A stretch of DNA of 64,000 nt from Dehalococcoidia bacterium (GTDB lineage Bacteria > Chloroflexota > Dehalococcoidia > GIF9 > AB-539-J10). The DNA lies in the NCBI GenBank assembly GCA_030610855.1, contig JAUWQY010000006.1:153-64152 (forward strand). The letters are read 5' to 3'. The notes below the pieces were generated by a model, which was not told where the DNA came from, made no database searches, and saw nothing but the letters and a program-made list of their open reading frames with translations. The position numbers and the translations under genes were made by a program. Shown here piece after piece: positions 60,696-64,000 of the stretch. The stretch's first letter is position 1, and each line of letters starts with the position of its first letter.

Positions 60696-61066
60696 TGGTG
60701 AGCAAATGGGGGTGAAAATCATGGAATCAGCCGTAAGAGAACTGGAAGAAAAGGGAAAGGGACGAGATGAAAGCGGACACTTTTGTACAGGATGATCTGA
60801 GAATGAGCGTAAGTATAAAATCCGTCACAAGAATGAGAATTAGAAGATTCTAAACAGTTTCCATGAGTGGAAATGCATAGGGATTTTACCTGATTTCGCA
60901 ATTCAAGGACTGGATTAGGAGTTACCGTAGGGGGAGGGATTCTGTACGAGATGATGCACCTAGCTATAACTGAAGGCTCGAGTGGGCCTCAAGCTGACCG
61001 GGAGCATACACGTCACACGATGCCATCGGCAGAGTGATGAAGCAAGAACAGGTGTAGACAGGCCAA

Positions 61067-61645
61067 TTAGCAGGAGCGGTATAATCTCAAGAACTCGGCT
61101 CGGGAGAGCCATATCGCCTTGACCTTCAAGGATTCACGAGAGCGTTTATACCTCTCCTGTCCTCGGATGTGATAGAACCGCATCAGACTTGTGATGTAGA
61201 ACCACGCCAGCTTCGTCCTCAGAGTGTTTGGCAAGTCAATCACCTGGAATCCAAGTCGCCTGCAGGGAGCATGAAGGACCGTCCAGCCGTACACGGCAAC
61301 GACGTCGCCATACTTGCCGTTGGCTATCTGTGTGGCAAGCAGCCGAAAGCTCTCCTTGAAGTAGTGCATGAGTCCTCGCGGCCAGTCTGTCGTTCTAGGT
61401 CCCGGGCTTGATTGCCGTTTCTCAGTAATCCAGGCATTACCCAAATGCAGTTTGATGACACGGTCACCACGCCTGACCTCACAGCCGTCCGACAGCTTAA
61501 CGGTACGGTCCTTGTAGCGTCTTAGCTCAACACAGATCAGGCTGCTGCCTGCCCCGAGGGACTTGACGCCGACGGCTATCGTGTAGATCCTGTCTATAAT
61601 GGGTAATAGGGGCCGTACGATGGCTCTCAATAAAGCATATATCAT
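61067..61645 (-). CDS. Hypothetical protein, probably co-transcribed downstream of the PaaK-like ligase.
   Basis: 192 aa. No motif recognised. It has the same strand as the ligase, with an 87-bp gap. Confidence 0.45.
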   Translation of the reverse strand: MIYALLRAIVRPLLPIIDRIYTIAVGVKSLGAGSSLICVELRRYKDRTVKLSDGCEVRRGDRVIKLHLGNAWITEKRQSSPGPRTTDWPRGLMHYFKESFRLLATQIANGKYGDVVAVYGWTVLHAPCRRLGFQVIDLPNTLRTKLAWFYITSLMRFYHIRGQERYKRSRESLKVKAIWLSRAEFLRLYRSC

Positions 61646-61731
61646 GTACCTTCTTCGTAACTCATCTCTTGAACCCGGAACGACGCGTCATCAACAGCCA
61701 CAGTTCGCTTCGATGCCCGTCAACCCGGCCG

Positions 61732-63144
61732 TCAATGGTTGGCGCCTACAGGCATTGACCGGTCTACGTTGGAGACGATGTTCTTCCACTTTCCCATGTT
61801 ACGCGAGCGGTCTTCCAGCGTGGTCACCAGCTCGACACTGATAGAAGGGCACGTAGCGCCCAGCGCGTGCAGTTTCTGTGCCAGCTGTTCCCTAACGCTG
61901 GCAGCTATGTGTCCATTCCCTTCCGTAAAGACCAGTCGCAGGCAGAGGCCGTCAGGTTCATGGACCACTTGATACTGCCGTATAGCCTCGAAGCTCTCCA
62001 GAACGTTCCAGAAATGGACAGGGTGAACGGCAACCTGCTTCCCTGCCAGCCCCTCCAGGTAAATAACGTCGTCATTTCTCCCGTTGATGGCAATAATACG
62101 TCGGAATGGTTGGCCACACGGACACGGCTCCGGAGCCAGTACCACCATATCAGATATCTCGTAGCGGATAACGGGCTGAGTGAAGCTGATGAGACTGGTG
62201 AACAGGATCTTGTGTCCCAGAGTCCCGTCCGGCACAGGGCAGTTGTCTTCATCTACGACCTCAACAATACCCAGGTCTTCGAAGATATGCATCCCCTGGT
62301 CCAGATTGCACTCCATGGCGCGGAGTCCCTCCTGAGTGCCATAGATGTCAAAGACAGAGCTTTGCCACACAGCATGGAGTTGCTTTCTCAGTTCGCCGGT
62401 CAGCGGTTCTCCACCACCGGCCACAATACAGGGACTAATATGTAAGCGCCCTTGAAGCTGTTCTGCCACGAGCAGCCCGAGCATGGATGGAAACCCCCGA
62501 AGAATGTAGGGCTGCAGGAGATTCAACCGCTGGACCAGCTCTTCGATAGGAGCAGTAGCCGGTAGCACGTCATAACGATAAAGGCCGATATCCATGCTCA
62601 AGGGGAGACGACAGCTATCGTGCAGAGGACTGGGAGAACCGATGGTCACGATCTTGGGCCGTCTTCTTGAGAAGGGCAGTACTCCCATCATGCTTGCGAT
62701 CCGCATGCTTGCCGCCTCCTGGATGCTCCACTCCTTTCGATTGAACACTATCACCGTCTTTTGCCCAGAGCTCCCCGCCGTAGTAAGCACACGATACTCG
62801 CCCAGGTAGTACTCGTCCCCAGAAACGTTGGCCATGTGTGCCTGTAGTCGGGCGATGCGCAACCGGGGGTCGGTGACGATTTCGTCGAAGTGTTCCATGT
62901 AGGTCTTCTTGTCCATGATGGGGAAGTCTTGCAGACTATAGGGTTGACTCATCCGCTGCGTGGCGCGTAGCTGGCGGTAGAGGGGAGACCGCCGCGTTGC
63001 CCAATCAAGTAGTTCTGCTAACCGGCGCTGCTGCAACTCCTCGAGCTTGGTGCGGGGCCAGTACTCATGTCTGATCAATGCCTGACGATAGGCGATTGCT
63101 CGAGCCAGATCTTCCAGGCGACGCAGTCTGTCCGGTTTATCCAT
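61732..63144 (-). CDS. Phenylacetate-CoA ligase / coenzyme F390 synthetase family adenylate-forming enzyme (PaaK/CapK-like).
   Basis: VLTTAGSSGQKTVIVF is the AMP-binding P-loop-like motif. The C-terminal small domain GKWKNIV is typical of the PaaK family. Length 470 aa. Confidence 0.8.
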   Translation of the reverse strand: MDKPDRLRRLEDLARAIAYRQALIRHEYWPRTKLEELQQRRLAELLDWATRRSPLYRQLRATQRMSQPYSLQDFPIMDKKTYMEHFDEIVTDPRLRIARLQAHMANVSGDEYYLGEYRVLTTAGSSGQKTVIVFNRKEWSIQEAASMRIASMMGVLPFSRRRPKIVTIGSPSPLHDSCRLPLSMDIGLYRYDVLPATAPIEELVQRLNLLQPYILRGFPSMLGLLVAEQLQGRLHISPCIVAGGGEPLTGELRKQLHAVWQSSVFDIYGTQEGLRAMECNLDQGMHIFEDLGIVEVVDEDNCPVPDGTLGHKILFTSLISFTQPVIRYEISDMVVLAPEPCPCGQPFRRIIAINGRNDDVIYLEGLAGKQVAVHPVHFWNVLESFEAIRQYQVVHEPDGLCLRLVFTEGNGHIAASVREQLAQKLHALGATCPSISVELVTTLEDRSRNMGKWKNIVSNVDRSMPVGANH

Positions 63145-63383
63145 ACAGCACTATCCTCGAATTACCTTCGGGACCTCCTTTGCCATCCAGTGTCCCTTGG
63201 CATTCATTGGCTCTGTGGCAACCCTTATCTTTCCAACAACTACATCGCCATACTAGGTATCATCGATTATAAATCGACGATTAACCCTTGTCAACTCCCG
63301 GCTGCGGGGGCTGCTTGCGACGAGCAGTACACAGCCATAATGCCGCGGTTGACCTGTCTGTGTCCCCGTCCGAGCTTTCCCGG

Positions 63384-64000
63384 CTAATCCTTCTTCCCAG
63401 GAGAATCTGGCAGGGAATTGCCGAAATACACTTTGGTATGGGGCCACGGCATTTCGATACCCTCGGCATCAAAGGCCTTCTTGAGGCGGAGCCTCAACTC
63501 CCCCATCACTGCCCACTGCTCTATAGGTTTAACATCGCCCAGAATCTTGATATCTATTCCCGAGTCGCCCAGATTATTAACCCTCAGCACCTTGGGAGGA
63601 CTTTTAATCACGCTACGCCATTTTTCATCCTCAGCGAGTTCCTGTCCTACGCGATTTATCACGCTTATGGCATGGTCGAGGTCAGTGTTATATGCTACCG
63701 AGACATCGAGATTGACCCTGCCAAAGTGTCTGGTGAAGTTGCTGGCTATCCTGATCTCACCATTGGGTACATGATGTACTATGCCATCCAGGTCACGGAG
63801 CACCGTCTTCCTCAAAGTTACCTCCTCCACCAAACCAGCGACGTCGGCTACCCTGGCTACATCACCCACCCTGTACTGGTTCTCCAAGACGATGAATATG
63901 CCGGCAATAAGGTCTCTTATCAAGTACTGAGCGCCGAAGCCGATGGCTATGCCGACGATGCCAAAACCAGCCAGGATTGGCGCGACAGCTATTCCCACCT
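63384..64000 (-). CDS. Mechanosensitive ion channel MscS family protein. This is the C-terminal part; the N-terminus lies beyond the window end.
   Basis: Pore helix GFGIVGIAIGFGAQYLIRDLIAGIFIVLENQYRVGD, then the beta-domain VGDVARVADVAGLVEEVTLRKTVLRD. The ORF runs to the window edge. Confidence 0.8.
   Translation of the reverse strand, partial: VGIAVAPILAGFGIVGIAIGFGAQYLIRDLIAGIFIVLENQYRVGDVARVADVAGLVEEVTLRKTVLRDLDGIVHHVPNGEIRIASNFTRHFGRVNLDVSVAYNTDLDHAISVINRVGQELAEDEKWRSVIKSPPKVLRVNNLGDSGIDIKILGDVKPIEQWAVMGELRLRLKKAFDAEGIEMPWPHTKVYFGNSLPDSPGKKD

Noticed and set aside
61867-62445. 192-aa plus-strand ORF and 115-aa minus-strand ORF within the PaaK-like ligase.
   Set aside because: They overlap or are antisense to the ligase CDS, which has clear family motifs.

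Overview
This 64-kb window is a bacterial chromosomal segment of about 55-57% GC. It is clearly bacterial: it carries sigma-70 rpoD, bacterial-type dnaG, ffh, prfB with its programmed +1 frameshift, recO and ruvA/ruvC. Most genes are core housekeeping. They include a complete V/A-type ATP synthase operon (H/G-I-K-E-C-F-A-B-D), a pyrR-pyrBI-pyrC-carA-carB-pyrK pyrimidine cluster with a PyrR RNA-binding loop upstream, the dgt-dnaG-rpoD operon, ppsA, yebC-ruvC-ruvA, ffh, trkA/trkH, pit with a phoU-like gene, rarA, the AMMECR1 plus radical-SAM pair of the AmmeMemoRadiSam system, nfeD with an SPFH gene, rpsP with a KH protein, and two tandem acyl-CoA dehydrogenases.

The unusual content is of four kinds.
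(1) A tubulin-superfamily GTPase at 609-1787 has tubulin/CetZ-type motifs (GQCG T1 loop, GGTGSG T4 loop, DNQ, N-x-D), not FtsZ-type motifs.
(2) A family of short nested-hairpin dispersed repeats is present. Subtype A is tcattctgag-[hairpin]-gaagaatctc, subtype B is tcattgcgag-[hairpin]-gcaatctc, and a third subtype is tgtagttgc-[hairpin]. The repeats cluster at 1790-2355. They bracket a small GIY-YIG nuclease gene in inverted orientation, flank a solitary phage terminase large-subunit gene, and are inserted in frame inside pyrK and inside a metallopeptidase-like gene.
(3) The terminase gene's first 9 codons plus a ribosome-binding site are duplicated 117 bp upstream.
(4) Two low-GC islets each encode a predicted PD-(D/E)xK nuclease-fold protein (10227-11126 and 59853-60695). 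The second lies next to a PaaK/F390-synthetase-like ligase operon.

No tRNA, rRNA or CRISPR array was found. All family assignments come from motif reading by eye and are not confirmed by any search.
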